A stretch of 64,000 nt of DNA from a bacterium (GTDB lineage: Bacteria; UBA8248): positions 1,152,001 to 1,216,000 of the forward strand of contig CBDBZU010000004.1 in NCBI GenBank assembly GCA_965213625.1, written 5' to 3'. The first letter of the stretch is position 1, and each line of letters starts with the position of its first letter. Positions 21,216 to 31,273 of the stretch are shown piece after piece. Below the pieces are notes generated by a model. It had not been told where the DNA came from. It did no database searches and saw only the letters and a list, made by a program, of their open reading frames with translations. The position numbers and the translations under genes are program-made.

Positions 21216-22058
21216 ATGCCGCCCGAAGTCATATTCGCGCTTATGTCGTTGTGCTTTCTCGGCGTCAATGACTTTCTCTATAAGTGGGGCCAGCAATGGG
21301 ATATGCGAAGCGGGCCCTTCATGTTTCTGCAAAATATGGCGTATCTGCCAAACGCATTCGGTCTGGCCTACTATCGGGATGAGTTGCTCTGGAATCCGGG
21401 CCTCGCCTTTGGATTCATCAACGGGATATTGGCGTTCACCGCGTTTTTGTTCGTTTTGCTCGCATTGAGGCGGGGCGAGGCGGTGGCGCTGGTACCGATC
21501 GTCCGCCTGAATTTCGCGGTGACTGCCGCCCTTACGATTTTTTTCTTGGGTGAGAGTGTCAATCTCATCAAGGGCCTCGCTCTGGTTCTGGCGGCTCTCG
21601 CCGTGACGGCGGGCGGCAGCGGTGTGACGGCGTCCGTCGGAGATAAGCGCTCCGTCGGCTTGGCGATTGGCGCCATGTGCATGTTCGGCGTAATCGGCCT
21701 TTTCTATAAGGTGGGACTCGGTATGGGGGCCAAACCCGCCATGATGACGGCCATGCAAAGCGTTGGCGTCTTCTGCATGGCAGTGCCCTTCGTACTCATT
21801 CAAAAAGACCCGTTGCCCAGGCGCGGTGTGCCGCTTTGGCTCCCCTTCGTGTGCGGCGTGCTCACCTCTTCGAGTTATGTGGCCATCGCCGTGGGGTTCA
21901 CCTATGGCGAGGCGGTCGTCGTGGCGCCCATTGCTCAGTTGAGTTTCGTGTTGACCGGAGTGCTCGCCATCATTTTTTTGAAAGAAAGGTTAACGCTGAG
22001 GAAAGGGGTGGGAGTCGTATTCGCCGCGGTGTCCGTGATTCTATTTTCCAGGGGGTAA
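21216..22058 (+). CDS. EamA/DMT family transporter
   Basis: About ten hydrophobic segments in two repeats ending FFLGE and FLKERL; GGGGAG RBS before ATG 21216. Confidence 0.85.
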   Translation: MPPEVIFALMSLCFLGVNDFLYKWGQQWDMRSGPFMFLQNMAYLPNAFGLAYYRDELLWNPGLAFGFINGILAFTAFLFVLLALRRGEAVALVPIVRLNFAVTAALTIFFLGESVNLIKGLALVLAALAVTAGGSGVTASVGDKRSVGLAIGAMCMFGVIGLFYKVGLGMGAKPAMMTAMQSVGVFCMAVPFVLIQKDPLPRRGVPLWLPFVCGVLTSSSYVAIAVGFTYGEAVVVAPIAQLSFVLTGVLAIIFLKERLTLRKGVGVVFAAVSVILFSRG

Positions 22059-22062
22059 TTTC

Positions 22063-23241
22063 TTACACCACGCCCTCGTTTCGGAGGCGCTCGATTTCCG
22101 GGGGCGCCATATTCAACCATTCGTCGAGTATTTTTTCGGTGTGTTCTCCCAGGGCTGGGCCCGTCCAGGCGATGTCGAGAGGCGTCTCCGACATTCTCGG
22201 AAAAGCGCCCTGCATGGGTACGGAGCCGAAATCCGCGTCCGGTACGTGGCGAACCAGGTTTCTCGCCTGAAAATGAGGGTCTGAGAGGATGTCTTCGATG
22301 TCGTAGACGGGGCTCGCCGTTACGCCGCCCGCGTTGAATCTCTCCATGTTCTCGTCACAGCTATGCATTGCGATGGCGTCGGCCACGATTTTATCGAGCG
22401 CATCCTGATTCTCGACGCGCGTCTCGTTGTTCATGAACCGCTCGTCGGTGATGAGATCTTCACGCCCCAGGGATCGGGCCAGGCGCTCATACATCGGCTG
22501 GGTGGAGGCGGAAATCGCCACCCACTTATCGTCACTCGTGGGGTAAATGTTTCTGGGCGCCGAGTTTTCTGAACGGTTTCCAAGGCGGGGGCGTTTTTCC
22601 CCCTCGATTAGATAGCGGGCCGCTTGTGGACCCAGCATTGTGAAAAGCGGCTCGTAAAGCGCCAGATCGATGACCTGTCCCTTACCGCCCCCCAAAGCGT
22701 CGCGGTGGTAGAGCGCGAACATGGTGGAGGCGACGCCTTGGAGCGCGGCCGTCATGTCGGCCAACGGCTGGGGAGGAGCCAGGGGCGGGGAATCGGGAAA
22801 TCCGTTCATGTCGGCGAAGCCGGACATCGCCTCCACAAGAGTGCCGAATCCCGGCCTGTCACGATAAGGGCCGTCCTGCCCCCATCCGGATATCCGGACG
22901 ACGATGAGTTTTGGGTTCACCTTCCACAGATCCTCCGGCCCAAGCCCCCAGCTTTCAAGTTTGCCGACGAAAAAATTCTCTGCGAGAACGTCCGCCTTGA
23001 CCGCCAGCTTCCGAATGAGTTCTTGTCCTCGTGGTTTGGTGAGGTTCACTGTGATGGATCGTTTTCCCCGGCCATAGACTTTCCACCAATAGGGATTCCA
23101 TGCGCGCAGCGTATCGCCGTTGCCCGGGGCTTCGACTTTAACGACATTGGCGCCGGCGTCGGCCAGCTGCATGCCGTACATCCCGCCCGAGACGAGGCGG
23201 GTCATGTCCAGTACTTTGACGCCCTCAAGGGGTCTGCTCAC
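22063..23241 (-). CDS. Class III CoA-transferase (CaiB/BaiF family)
   Basis: PLEGVKVLDMTR, LADAGANVVKVE, GKRSITVNL, ISGWGQDGPY, ADMTAAL and GPALGEHT. GTG 23241 has a GGAGG RBS and avoids overlap with the upstream gene. Confidence 0.92.
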   Translation of the reverse strand: MSRPLEGVKVLDMTRLVSGGMYGMQLADAGANVVKVEAPGNGDTLRAWNPYWWKVYGRGKRSITVNLTKPRGQELIRKLAVKADVLAENFFVGKLESWGLGPEDLWKVNPKLIVVRISGWGQDGPYRDRPGFGTLVEAMSGFADMNGFPDSPPLAPPQPLADMTAALQGVASTMFALYHRDALGGGKGQVIDLALYEPLFTMLGPQAARYLIEGEKRPRLGNRSENSAPRNIYPTSDDKWVAISASTQPMYERLARSLGREDLITDERFMNNETRVENQDALDKIVADAIAMHSCDENMERFNAGGVTASPVYDIEDILSDPHFQARNLVRHVPDADFGSVPMQGAFPRMSETPLDIAWTGPALGEHTEKILDEWLNMAPPEIERLRNEGVV

Positions 23242-23294
23242 GGATTTTCCTCCGTCTGTTCTAAAGGAATCGCCTTTTTCTACTACTTTCAGGA

Positions 23295-24023
23295 TCAATC
23301 TTTCAACGTGATCCATAAAGCGGCGTGATCACTCGGCGGCCTCGGGTTGCCTTTCACCCAGTCGACCTGCGCGTCAAGTATCCTGCCATGCGCACGTCGA
23401 TTGATGAACGCATGATCCAGCCGGAAACCTCCACCACCACCGGGCGCGCGCCAGGTGTAGGCGCGTTTTTGGCCATGTACGCTGCGGTAGGCATCCGCCC
23501 AGCCCGTCTTTGACATGGTGGTCATAAAATCGTCTTCGTGCCTGTTGAAGCATTTCACACTTTCATCCTCCCCAATTCGCCCGGTGTTGAAATCACCCGC
23601 CAATACGGCGTCACCCCCGTACCAGCGGTGCGCCAAATCGCAAAGCGCGTCCAGGAAGGGATATTTGATGCCGCTAACGCGGTTGGGCACGTGAACGGCG
23701 GCTATGACGATGGGCTTGGGTGCACGAACATGGGCGAGCAGGCGGCGTTCTTCGGGTTCGGGAGGTCTTCTCCAGTGAATGCGCTTGAGCGGCCAGCGCG
23801 ATGCGAGAAGCAGGGCGTTTTTAACTAGTCGGCTTTCGGACGCCGTGCTCAGTTGGTGGGATAACCCAAGTTCCTCGATACGGGAGGCGACCTCCCGGCT
23901 GGGAGGTGTGCCCCGAAATTCCGTCAGAATAATGAGGTCAGGCATTCCGCTACGAATATACTCTACGATAGCAGGTACCCGGCGTCCGCCGCCGTGCAGG
24001 ATGTTCCAGATGAGAATTTTCAT
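23295..24023 (-). CDS. Endonuclease/exonuclease/phosphatase (EEP, ExoIII-like) family protein
   Basis: MKILIWNI, ILTE, LAGDFN, RLDHAF and SDHA. Confidence 0.85.
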   Translation of the reverse strand: MKILIWNILHGGGRRVPAIVEYIRSGMPDLIILTEFRGTPPSREVASRIEELGLSHQLSTASESRLVKNALLLASRWPLKRIHWRRPPEPEERRLLAHVRAPKPIVIAAVHVPNRVSGIKYPFLDALCDLAHRWYGGDAVLAGDFNTGRIGEDESVKCFNRHEDDFMTTMSKTGWADAYRSVHGQKRAYTWRAPGGGGGFRLDHAFINRRAHGRILDAQVDWVKGNPRPPSDHAALWITLKD

Positions 24024-24149
24024 GGCGAAGTTGAGTGTAGCGGTAGTAAGATGGATAGTGCCAACCATCCTGTGGTTGGGAATGAAAAGTAAGGTTCACA
24101 AAATGTCGATGCGCCGCCCGTCTAGCGGCCCGGCGGGGAGGGAATTTGT

Positions 24150-24692
24150 TTGAAACGGATATGTGTATTCGCCGGTTCGTCTAAAGGGGTTCGGCCTGAG
24201 TATCGGGAGGCGGCGCGAGTCTTGGGACATGCTTTGTGCGAGCGCGGAATCGGCGTGGTGTATGGCGCGGGGGGTATCGGACTCATGGGCGTTCTGGCCG
24301 ACGCCGTGCTCGAAAGCGGAGGAGAGATTATCGGCGTGATACCCGATAAGTTGATGGACATGGAAGTCGCCCATGAGGGGATCACCGAGCTTCGCGTCGT
24401 GCGCACGATGCACGAGAGAAAAGCGTTGATGGCGGAATTGTCCGATGGCTTCATCACGTTGCCGGGTGGGCTCGGCACGCTGGAGGAAACCATGGAGATG
24501 ATCACCTGGCTTCAGCTCGGGTATCACGAAAAGCCCGTCGGTCTGCTCAACGTGCGCGGCTATTATGATCCTTTGCTGGGGTTTTTACGCCATACGCGCG
24601 AGGAGGGTTTCATCACGCAGAAAAGTTTAAATCTATTCTCGGTCGACGATACGCCCGAGGGGCTGGTGCAACGAATGCTCACTCCCAGGTGA
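24150..24692 (+). CDS. LOG family nucleotide 5'-monophosphate phosphoribohydrolase (TIGR00730)
   Basis: ICVFAGS, GLMG, MHERK and LPGGLGTLEE (PGGxGTxxE). Confidence 0.93.
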   Translation: MKRICVFAGSSKGVRPEYREAARVLGHALCERGIGVVYGAGGIGLMGVLADAVLESGGEIIGVIPDKLMDMEVAHEGITELRVVRTMHERKALMAELSDGFITLPGGLGTLEETMEMITWLQLGYHEKPVGLLNVRGYYDPLLGFLRHTREEGFITQKSLNLFSVDDTPEGLVQRMLTPR

Positions 24693-25362
24693 GCGCGGCG
24701 AGGTAGCCTACGCCCTCATCCAGCATTATCTTTGCTTCGAATCCCTGCGCTTGCTTGTGCGCCTGGATGGTTTTGAGATGGGCATACCCTTCCCAGAGGA
24801 CATGGCGAAATGTCCACTCCAGGTTGTAGTGAAAAACGTTGTCTTTCTTCTCGTCTCGCCAGAAGCCGTCGGGGTGGATTTTGAGGACCACGTTTTCAAG
24901 CCAGTCGATATACTTATCACCCGAAGGCCATTCGTAGCTTCGAGGGACTTCTCTAATTTTGGTTTTTCCCCGTAGGGATTCGAGAGTTTCGTTTTTCAGA
25001 ATATCCAATGCCAATTGGCACCCGTCTTCATAAGCTGCGAGCAAATCGCCCATCTCATGAAATCGTTCGGAATCGAGGAGACGATCCGCACCCCCCGTGT
25101 CGTATAGGGATTTCGGCCTCGGCAATTCCTCTCCAAACAGGGATTTCCCCCAGACCTGCAAAAACCACCTGTAGTTCACATAACCCATGTGGCTGACCTG
25201 CTCTCGAATCGACCATAGTCCCCAGCTTTTGCCGGGCTGTTTTTTATCGAGTTGTTCTTGGTTAAGGCCCTCCACCTCCTGGGCGTACATTTCGGGCAGA
25301 AGGGCGTATTCGGGAAAAATATCCGTAGCGGACCTTGAATCTTTCTGCGGCATTTTGGGCAT
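24679..25362 (-). CDS. DinB/YfiT-like four-helix-bundle protein
   Basis: EGLNQEQLD...WSIREQVSHM near the N-terminus and RHVLWEGYAHL near the C-terminus match the DinB metal-binding layout. Confidence 0.65.
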   Translation of the reverse strand: MPKMPQKDSRSATDIFPEYALLPEMYAQEVEGLNQEQLDKKQPGKSWGLWSIREQVSHMGYVNYRWFLQVWGKSLFGEELPRPKSLYDTGGADRLLDSERFHEMGDLLAAYEDGCQLALDILKNETLESLRGKTKIREVPRSYEWPSGDKYIDWLENVVLKIHPDGFWRDEKKDNVFHYNLEWTFRHVLWEGYAHLKTIQAHKQAQGFEAKIMLDEGVGYLAALTWE

Positions 25363-25499
25363 CCTTCAATGGAATTAGGAGTTCAAAATATATCACGCGG
25401 CATTCAGTATTGCGCAGTGTGCCGATTTCGGGCGGAGGTTTCTCGTGTCATAATAAGAATCTATCGCTACATTTTATATCTCGCTCCTTTGAGTCGCCC

Positions 25500-26384
25500 T
25501 TGATCGAGTCACTCCCTCCGATTTTTTTGTCCTTTTTATCCGGTATCTTTTTGGCCGCCACGCAAACGATCTATCGGGGCGCCCTTCAGTGGATGGGGCC
25601 GAAGGCGATCACCTTCGTGAGCAATTTGACGCTGGTGACCTACGCCTCGACCATTTACGTGCTGGGCGCAGGTCTTGAAAAATGGCCCCTGGAGGGGATT
25701 TTGTGGTTTGTGCTGGCGGGACTTTGTTCTCATTTCTTATCGAGAAACCTGAATTTTATCTCGGCGACACTCATCGGTATGGCGCGTTCCCAGATCCTAT
25801 CGCAGGTCCATCCCATCTGGAGCGCCGTTCTGGCCATGCTCATTTTCGGCGAGACGATGAACTTCCCGATTGCCCTGGGTACTTTCGCCATCGTGCTGGG
25901 CGCGATACTCCTTGTTCAGGAAAGAGGGGCTGGGGGCAAGCGCGCTCCTTTTTTATATTATTTCCTGCCGATTCTGGCGGCCTTTTTCTTCTCCTTCGCC
26001 CCGCCTTTGCGAAAGCTCGCGTTTCAGACGATTCCCTCGCCCGCTTTCGGTATTGCCACCACGGCGTTCGCGGGCGCGTTTCTTCAACTCGGCTCCATAC
26101 CGTTTGTCAAAAATCATGAGCTCAACCCAATAACATGGAATAAAAAGAGCCTATGGCTGGTTCTCATCGGAGGGCTATTCAACATTATTTCGGCGTACTG
26201 CTTTTGGCTCGCCATCAAAAACGGAAAGCTCATAGAGGTGATCCCGATAAACCGCCTCTCCATTTTATTCTTAATCTTGTTTTCCTGGATTTTTTTTCAG
26301 AAGCTCGAGCGCATCAATTTGCGCGTGATCGCCGGGGGATTACTTGCCGTGGAGGGCGCCGTGCTGATCATATTGGGCAGCTAG
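25500..26384 (+). CDS. EamA/DMT family transporter
   Basis: Ten predicted hydrophobic segments with IFGE and KLERIN repeat ends. Start uncertain (TTG 25500). Confidence 0.8.
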   Translation: MIESLPPIFLSFLSGIFLAATQTIYRGALQWMGPKAITFVSNLTLVTYASTIYVLGAGLEKWPLEGILWFVLAGLCSHFLSRNLNFISATLIGMARSQILSQVHPIWSAVLAMLIFGETMNFPIALGTFAIVLGAILLVQERGAGGKRAPFLYYFLPILAAFFFSFAPPLRKLAFQTIPSPAFGIATTAFAGAFLQLGSIPFVKNHELNPITWNKKSLWLVLIGGLFNIISAYCFWLAIKNGKLIEVIPINRLSILFLILFSWIFFQKLERINLRVIAGGLLAVEGAVLIILGS

Positions 26385-26516
26385 AAGTTCTTGTGAGTTG
26401 AGCTGGTAGTGAGGGAAGCTATTGTACGGAGCGAGTCCTCGCATGTTGGGGCGGAGCTTGAATCTTCTGTTCTCTTCGTCCACGGACGCGCTTTTGTGGT
26501 GGATTGAGGTGCTGAT

Positions 26517-27398
26517 ATGGGAAACTTGATTGTGGAGGCGCCGCCCGAGTTTCGCGCATTGTTGGGCGCCTTATTGTTCGCTTGCAACCAAATACTCGTT
26601 CGCAGATTACTCGAACGCGCCTCGGCGCTCACGATCATCTTTTGGGTGAATGGCTGGATGGCGCTTCTCGCCGTCGTTTTTTCTCCTCTTTCCGATAACT
26701 ATGATGGAGACTGGGCGACCGCTCTCGTTTTTTACGTCATAACCGGGGTAACGGGGAATCTCGTGGCGCGCTACAGCGCTCTTCGCTCGAGTGAGGACAT
26801 CGGCGTGAGCAGGACGAGCGCGCTTGTGGCGGCGACTCCCATCGGATCGGCATTGATGGGTGTCGTGATTTTGGGCGAACGCCCCGATGTCGGCGTCTGG
26901 CTGGGTATCTTGCTTATCGTCCTCGGGATGATCTGGCTCACCGGCGAACGGATATCGGGAGAGTATTCGCTCAAGCGTTATACGTTCGCCTTCATCGCAA
27001 TGGCGGCTTTTAGCGTTACGCCTTATTTCCGAAAAGCGGGGCTGGCCGCCATGAACGCGCCATGGATGGGCATAATAGTGGCCACGCTCATCGCCAACGT
27101 GGGCTTGCTGATGTCCTCGCGCTTCGCCTCGCAGGATCAGAAGTTTCAGTGGAGCATGCGGACTGCGGGGGCATGCGTCCCTGCAGGCTTGTTCGGGCTA
27201 TTCTCTGCTGTGATGTTCTGGACCTCATTGCGCGATGGGCAGCTTGCGGTGATTTCCCCGCTCGTTCGCATGACGCCGATATTCGTTCTTTTGCTCTCGG
27301 TTGTGCTGCTTCGCGACCTGGAAGTCATCACAAAACGTCTGGTGGTCGGCACACTCATCGTCGTGGCGGGAGCTGTTTTGGTGACGTCGGGCGGTTGA
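26517..27398 (+). CDS. EamA/DMT family transporter
   Basis: Two EamA halves (ILGERP; LLRDLEVIT), in tandem with the preceding paralog. Confidence 0.82.
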   Translation: MGNLIVEAPPEFRALLGALLFACNQILVRRLLERASALTIIFWVNGWMALLAVVFSPLSDNYDGDWATALVFYVITGVTGNLVARYSALRSSEDIGVSRTSALVAATPIGSALMGVVILGERPDVGVWLGILLIVLGMIWLTGERISGEYSLKRYTFAFIAMAAFSVTPYFRKAGLAAMNAPWMGIIVATLIANVGLLMSSRFASQDQKFQWSMRTAGACVPAGLFGLFSAVMFWTSLRDGQLAVISPLVRMTPIFVLLLSVVLLRDLEVITKRLVVGTLIVVAGAVLVTSGG

Positions 27399-27552
27399 CG
27401 TACCTCGTGAGAGAAAATCTGATATTCGTTTGACCGGGGTCATACGTCTCTGCGAGAATGAACGCGTCTTCATCATTTCAAAGATGTGTTTTCCGCATCA
27501 AATTTCTTGAGATGCGATGCGGGGAGCCCTACCAAAAAATCGTGGGGGTGCG

Positions 27553-28032
27553 ATGAAAATACTCAAGATCATTCCCGAGAAGTGTACGGGCTGCATGCGA
27601 TGCGAACTCGCGTGCTCATACGAGCAGACGGGGACGTTTCAGCCCTCGAAGGCTGTAATCCGCGTTTCTTCCTTCGAGGGGCACACGAGCTATGCGCCCT
27701 ATACCTGTCCGCAGTGCGACGAGGCATGGTGCCTGACGGCGTGTCCGGTCGAGGCAATTGGTATCTCACCGGCCGGGGCGAAGGATGTGGCGGATGACAT
27801 TTGCGTGGGTTGTAAACTTTGCACCATCGCGTGCCCTTATGGAACGATGTTTTACGACATCGACACCCACAAGGCGTTCAAGTGCGACCTGTGCGGGGGG
27901 AATCCCGCGTGCGCGTCCGTGTGTCCAACCGACGCCATCGTCTACGAAGAGGCCGATAAAACCGACTGGGTCGGGCCCTTTGCCGCGGAGCGGGCGAAAT
28001 CGCCTGCCGGACCGCTTGCGGGGGTGCTCTGA
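27553..28032 (+). CDS. 4Fe-4S ferredoxin-like electron-transfer subunit (AorA-like)
   Basis: CTGCMRCELAC, CPQCDEAWCLTACP, CVGCKLCTIACP and CDLCGGNPACASVCP. Confidence 0.9.
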   Translation: MKILKIIPEKCTGCMRCELACSYEQTGTFQPSKAVIRVSSFEGHTSYAPYTCPQCDEAWCLTACPVEAIGISPAGAKDVADDICVGCKLCTIACPYGTMFYDIDTHKAFKCDLCGGNPACASVCPTDAIVYEEADKTDWVGPFAAERAKSPAGPLAGVL

Positions 28033-28034
28033 TT

Positions 28035-29357
28035 ATGGCCAGACATGTCATCGTTGGCGGCGGAACCGCCGGCTGGAACGCTATCACCACACTCAGGGAA
28101 CTGGACAAAGGCGATTCCGAGATTGTTCTCGTCGCGGACGAGACGCCGTATTCACGGATGGTACTGCCCTATTTTCTGGCGAGAGACATCGCGGAATCTC
28201 ACGTCTACATCGCCTCTCCTCCCAAGCTGGCCGCGTTGAATGTGGATGCGAGGCTTGGCGCGCGCGCCGAAAGAATCGACGCGTCCGCCAACAAGCTAAT
28301 CCTCGAGGGAGGCGATGAGATTGATTACGACAATCTCTTGATCGCCACGGGGTCTTCTCCCGTGAAAGCGCCCGTACCCGGCGCGGACGGGAAAAACGTG
28401 CACAGCTTCTGGACGTTTCCCCAGGCGCGCTCCGTGGCGTCCGGCGTGGGCGAGGGAGCCCGCGTCGCGATGATCGGGGCGGGATTTATCGCATTTACGA
28501 TTCTGAACGCCCTGGTGAATCAGGGTGTGAAGCTCACCGTCGTGGAACTCGAATCGCGCATCCTGCCGCGCATGATAGACGATACGGGCGCCAGGATCGT
28601 TCAAAGTTGGCTGAACGAGCGAGGTGTGGAAGTGAGAACATCGACGCAAGTGATCTCCATAGAGGACGAAGGAGACTCTAAACTCCTCAAATTCAAGGAA
28701 GGTCCCGATCTGGAGGTCGATTTGGTTATCATGGCCACGGGCATCAAGCCCAACATCGATTGGGTGTCTGGCAGCGGCCTCGATACCAACCAGGGAATTC
28801 TTGTGGACGAGCATTGCCGCACGAATGTGGCGAACATCTACGCGGCGGGAGATATCGCGGAAGGCCCCGACGTGGTGACGGGCGATAAGGTTGTACACGC
28901 TATCGAACCGACCGCCATGCAGCATGGCCGAGTGGCGGCGGCCAACATGGCGGGCCAGGAGGTTGCGTACAAGGGCAGCCTGCTCATGAACATCGTGGAC
29001 GTTCTCGATATGGAGATCGCCAGCTTCGGCGCATGGGATGATCCGGACGCCGAAGTATTTGAAGCTGTACGGGCTGAGCGCCCCGCCTACAGAAAGCTAC
29101 TGTTTCACGGCGGGAAACTGACCGGTGCCATTATCCTGGGGAAAACCCGGGAAATCTGGACGACGAACGATGTGGGAATGCTCAAGGGCCTCGTGTACAC
29201 GGGAGTGGACATCTCCGAGTGGAAAGACCATTTACGCAAGAACCCGTTTGACGTCAAACGCGCGTTTTTGGCCTCGGGTGCCGCGGGCGGATTGCTGCCG
29301 GAAACCGTTTTGGGACGCCCTTCGGCGTCGTCGAATGAAATCACCATCGCTTCATGA
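28035..29357 (+). CDS. FAD-dependent pyridine nucleotide oxidoreductase (AorC/NirB-N-like)
   Basis: IVGGGTAG, LLIATGS, IGAGFIA, and TNVANIYAAGD. Confidence 0.9.
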   Translation: MARHVIVGGGTAGWNAITTLRELDKGDSEIVLVADETPYSRMVLPYFLARDIAESHVYIASPPKLAALNVDARLGARAERIDASANKLILEGGDEIDYDNLLIATGSSPVKAPVPGADGKNVHSFWTFPQARSVASGVGEGARVAMIGAGFIAFTILNALVNQGVKLTVVELESRILPRMIDDTGARIVQSWLNERGVEVRTSTQVISIEDEGDSKLLKFKEGPDLEVDLVIMATGIKPNIDWVSGSGLDTNQGILVDEHCRTNVANIYAAGDIAEGPDVVTGDKVVHAIEPTAMQHGRVAAANMAGQEVAYKGSLLMNIVDVLDMEIASFGAWDDPDAEVFEAVRAERPAYRKLLFHGGKLTGAIILGKTREIWTTNDVGMLKGLVYTGVDISEWKDHLRKNPFDVKRAFLASGAAGGLLPETVLGRPSASSNEITIAS

Positions 29358-31246
29358 ACAAGGGGGTCGATGCCTTGACTGATTACGCATATGCAGGAGA
29401 AATCCTCCGGGTCGATCTCTCGAGCGGGAAGACCTGGGCGGAGAAATTCGAAGTCGCCGACCGCAGAAAATGGGTGGGCGGCGCGGGTTTGGGCGCCAAG
29501 ATTTTGTGGGAGGAAGTACCGCCCGAGGTGGGTTGGGATCATCCCGAGAACCGCCTCGTGCTGGCCACGGGCCCTCTGGCGGGTCTGCCGGTTTGGGGGA
29601 CGGGAGGACTTACCGTGGTGACGCGGGGCGCGATGACCAACGGTGCGACCAACACCCAGGCGAACGGTTTTTTCGGCGCGAACATCAAGTATTGCGGCTA
29701 TGACGCCATCGTGTTTCAGGGAGAATCGCCCGATTGGGTATATCTCCATATACGGGATGACGGGGTGGAGCTTCGCGACGCCTCCGAGTTGTTGGGCAAG
29801 GACACCTGGGAGACGCAGCAATCGCTTGAAAAGACGCTGAATCTGAGCGGTCATAACCTGAGCGTGTACAGCATTGGGCCCGCGGGTGAGAATCTCGTGC
29901 GATTTGCCGCCATCCAGGGCGATTATGGCCACGTGGCGAGCAAGAACGGTTGCGGGACCGTCATGGGCAAGAAAAAGGTGAAGGCGGTGGCTATCGAGCG
30001 CGGAACTAAGGGAGTCGCCGCCGCCCATCCCAAAGCGCTCTTCGCGGCAGCAGACGATATTGCTCACAGCCTTCAGACCGATCCCTCCACTAAGGGGTTG
30101 TATCTGTACGGCACCTTGGGCGGCGTCCGAAACTTGCAAGGCATGGGGGCGCTCCCGATTCGCAACTACACGACGAACGTGTGGCCTGAGGAAATCGAAA
30201 CGAAGCAATGGGAGGCCAACGGCCTGCGCGAGGGTTTCGACCACCGGGGTCATCAGTGCAGCGCGTGCGGCATGCACCATTGCCATATGCAGGTCATCTC
30301 CTCCGGTCCTTACAAGGGACAGGTAGTGGATGAACCCGAGTATGAGGGCTGGTCGGGCGCGGGCTGGACGATTGGCGCCACGGACCCGCAGCAGGTCACC
30401 TGGATGAACACCCAGCTCGATCGCGCCTGCGTGGACGTGAACGAGTTCGGCTGGCTCTGCGGCTGGGTGATGGAGTGCCAGCAAAAGGGCTATATCACGG
30501 ATCAGGACTTGGGCTTCCGCCTCGAGTGGGGCGATATTGACGGGGCCAACAGATTGCTCGAAATGATATGCAAGCGTGAGGGCATAGGCGATCTTTTGGC
30601 AGAGGGAACGAAGCTTGCGGCGGAGAAACTCGGTGGAGAGGCTCAGGATTGCGCCATATACACGGAAGTCGGCAATTCTCCCAGAGGGCACGATCACCGC
30701 TCCCGGTGGGAGGAGATGATCGATACCTGCACGGGTTCGGGTGGAACGATGGATACGGCTCCCCCGGTGTTTCCGACGGATTACGGCCAGCCAGCTCGTG
30801 TGCACCCCCAGGACGCGGAGGCGGTGCCCAAGCACGTGGGCGGTCTCAGGGGACGTCGCGCGTATGAGGATTCCCTTGGGGCATGCGTGTTCACTACGCG
30901 CGCGCCGATGGACGTATTGTGCCGTTCCATTCAGGCGGCTACCGGATGGGACGTGGACAAGGATGAAGCGATGCAGACTGGCCGTCGCATCAACGCCTTG
31001 ATGCGTGCGTTTAATTTGCGTTGCGGCATCGGGCCAGAGGTCGAGAAACCATCCAAGCGATACGGTTCCACACCGGTAGATGGTCCGATCGCGGGCGTTT
31101 CGATCATGGATCAATGGGATAAAATGCTCGATATATGGTACGAGACGGCCGGCTACGACAGGGAGACGGGCCGTCCCAAGCCCGAGTTGTTACGTGAACT
31201 CGATCTGGAAGATGTCGCCGAGGCGCTATGGGGTGCGAACGTATAG
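29354..31246 (+). CDS. Tungsten-type aldehyde:ferredoxin oxidoreductase family catalytic subunit (AorB-like)
   Basis: ILRVDLS, IGPAGENLVRFAAI, GTVMGKKKVKAV, CSACGMHHC, PEYE, LAEG, RGHDH, DSLGAC and GYDRETGRP. ATGA overlap with the upstream gene; an alternative TTG start lies at 29375. Confidence 0.92.
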   Translation: MNKGVDALTDYAYAGEILRVDLSSGKTWAEKFEVADRRKWVGGAGLGAKILWEEVPPEVGWDHPENRLVLATGPLAGLPVWGTGGLTVVTRGAMTNGATNTQANGFFGANIKYCGYDAIVFQGESPDWVYLHIRDDGVELRDASELLGKDTWETQQSLEKTLNLSGHNLSVYSIGPAGENLVRFAAIQGDYGHVASKNGCGTVMGKKKVKAVAIERGTKGVAAAHPKALFAAADDIAHSLQTDPSTKGLYLYGTLGGVRNLQGMGALPIRNYTTNVWPEEIETKQWEANGLREGFDHRGHQCSACGMHHCHMQVISSGPYKGQVVDEPEYEGWSGAGWTIGATDPQQVTWMNTQLDRACVDVNEFGWLCGWVMECQQKGYITDQDLGFRLEWGDIDGANRLLEMICKREGIGDLLAEGTKLAAEKLGGEAQDCAIYTEVGNSPRGHDHRSRWEEMIDTCTGSGGTMDTAPPVFPTDYGQPARVHPQDAEAVPKHVGGLRGRRAYEDSLGACVFTTRAPMDVLCRSIQAATGWDVDKDEAMQTGRRINALMRAFNLRCGIGPEVEKPSKRYGSTPVDGPIAGVSIMDQWDKMLDIWYETAGYDRETGRPKPELLRELDLEDVAEALWGANV

Positions 31247-31273
31247 CTCACCTTGGAGACAGGAGATGACGCC

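Noticed and set aside
29105-31114. 669-aa minus-strand ORF opposite the AOR gene
   Set aside because: Antisense shadow of a well-supported GC-rich gene, with no recognisable motifs. The same applies to 12611-13687, 16018-16977 and 56224-57231.
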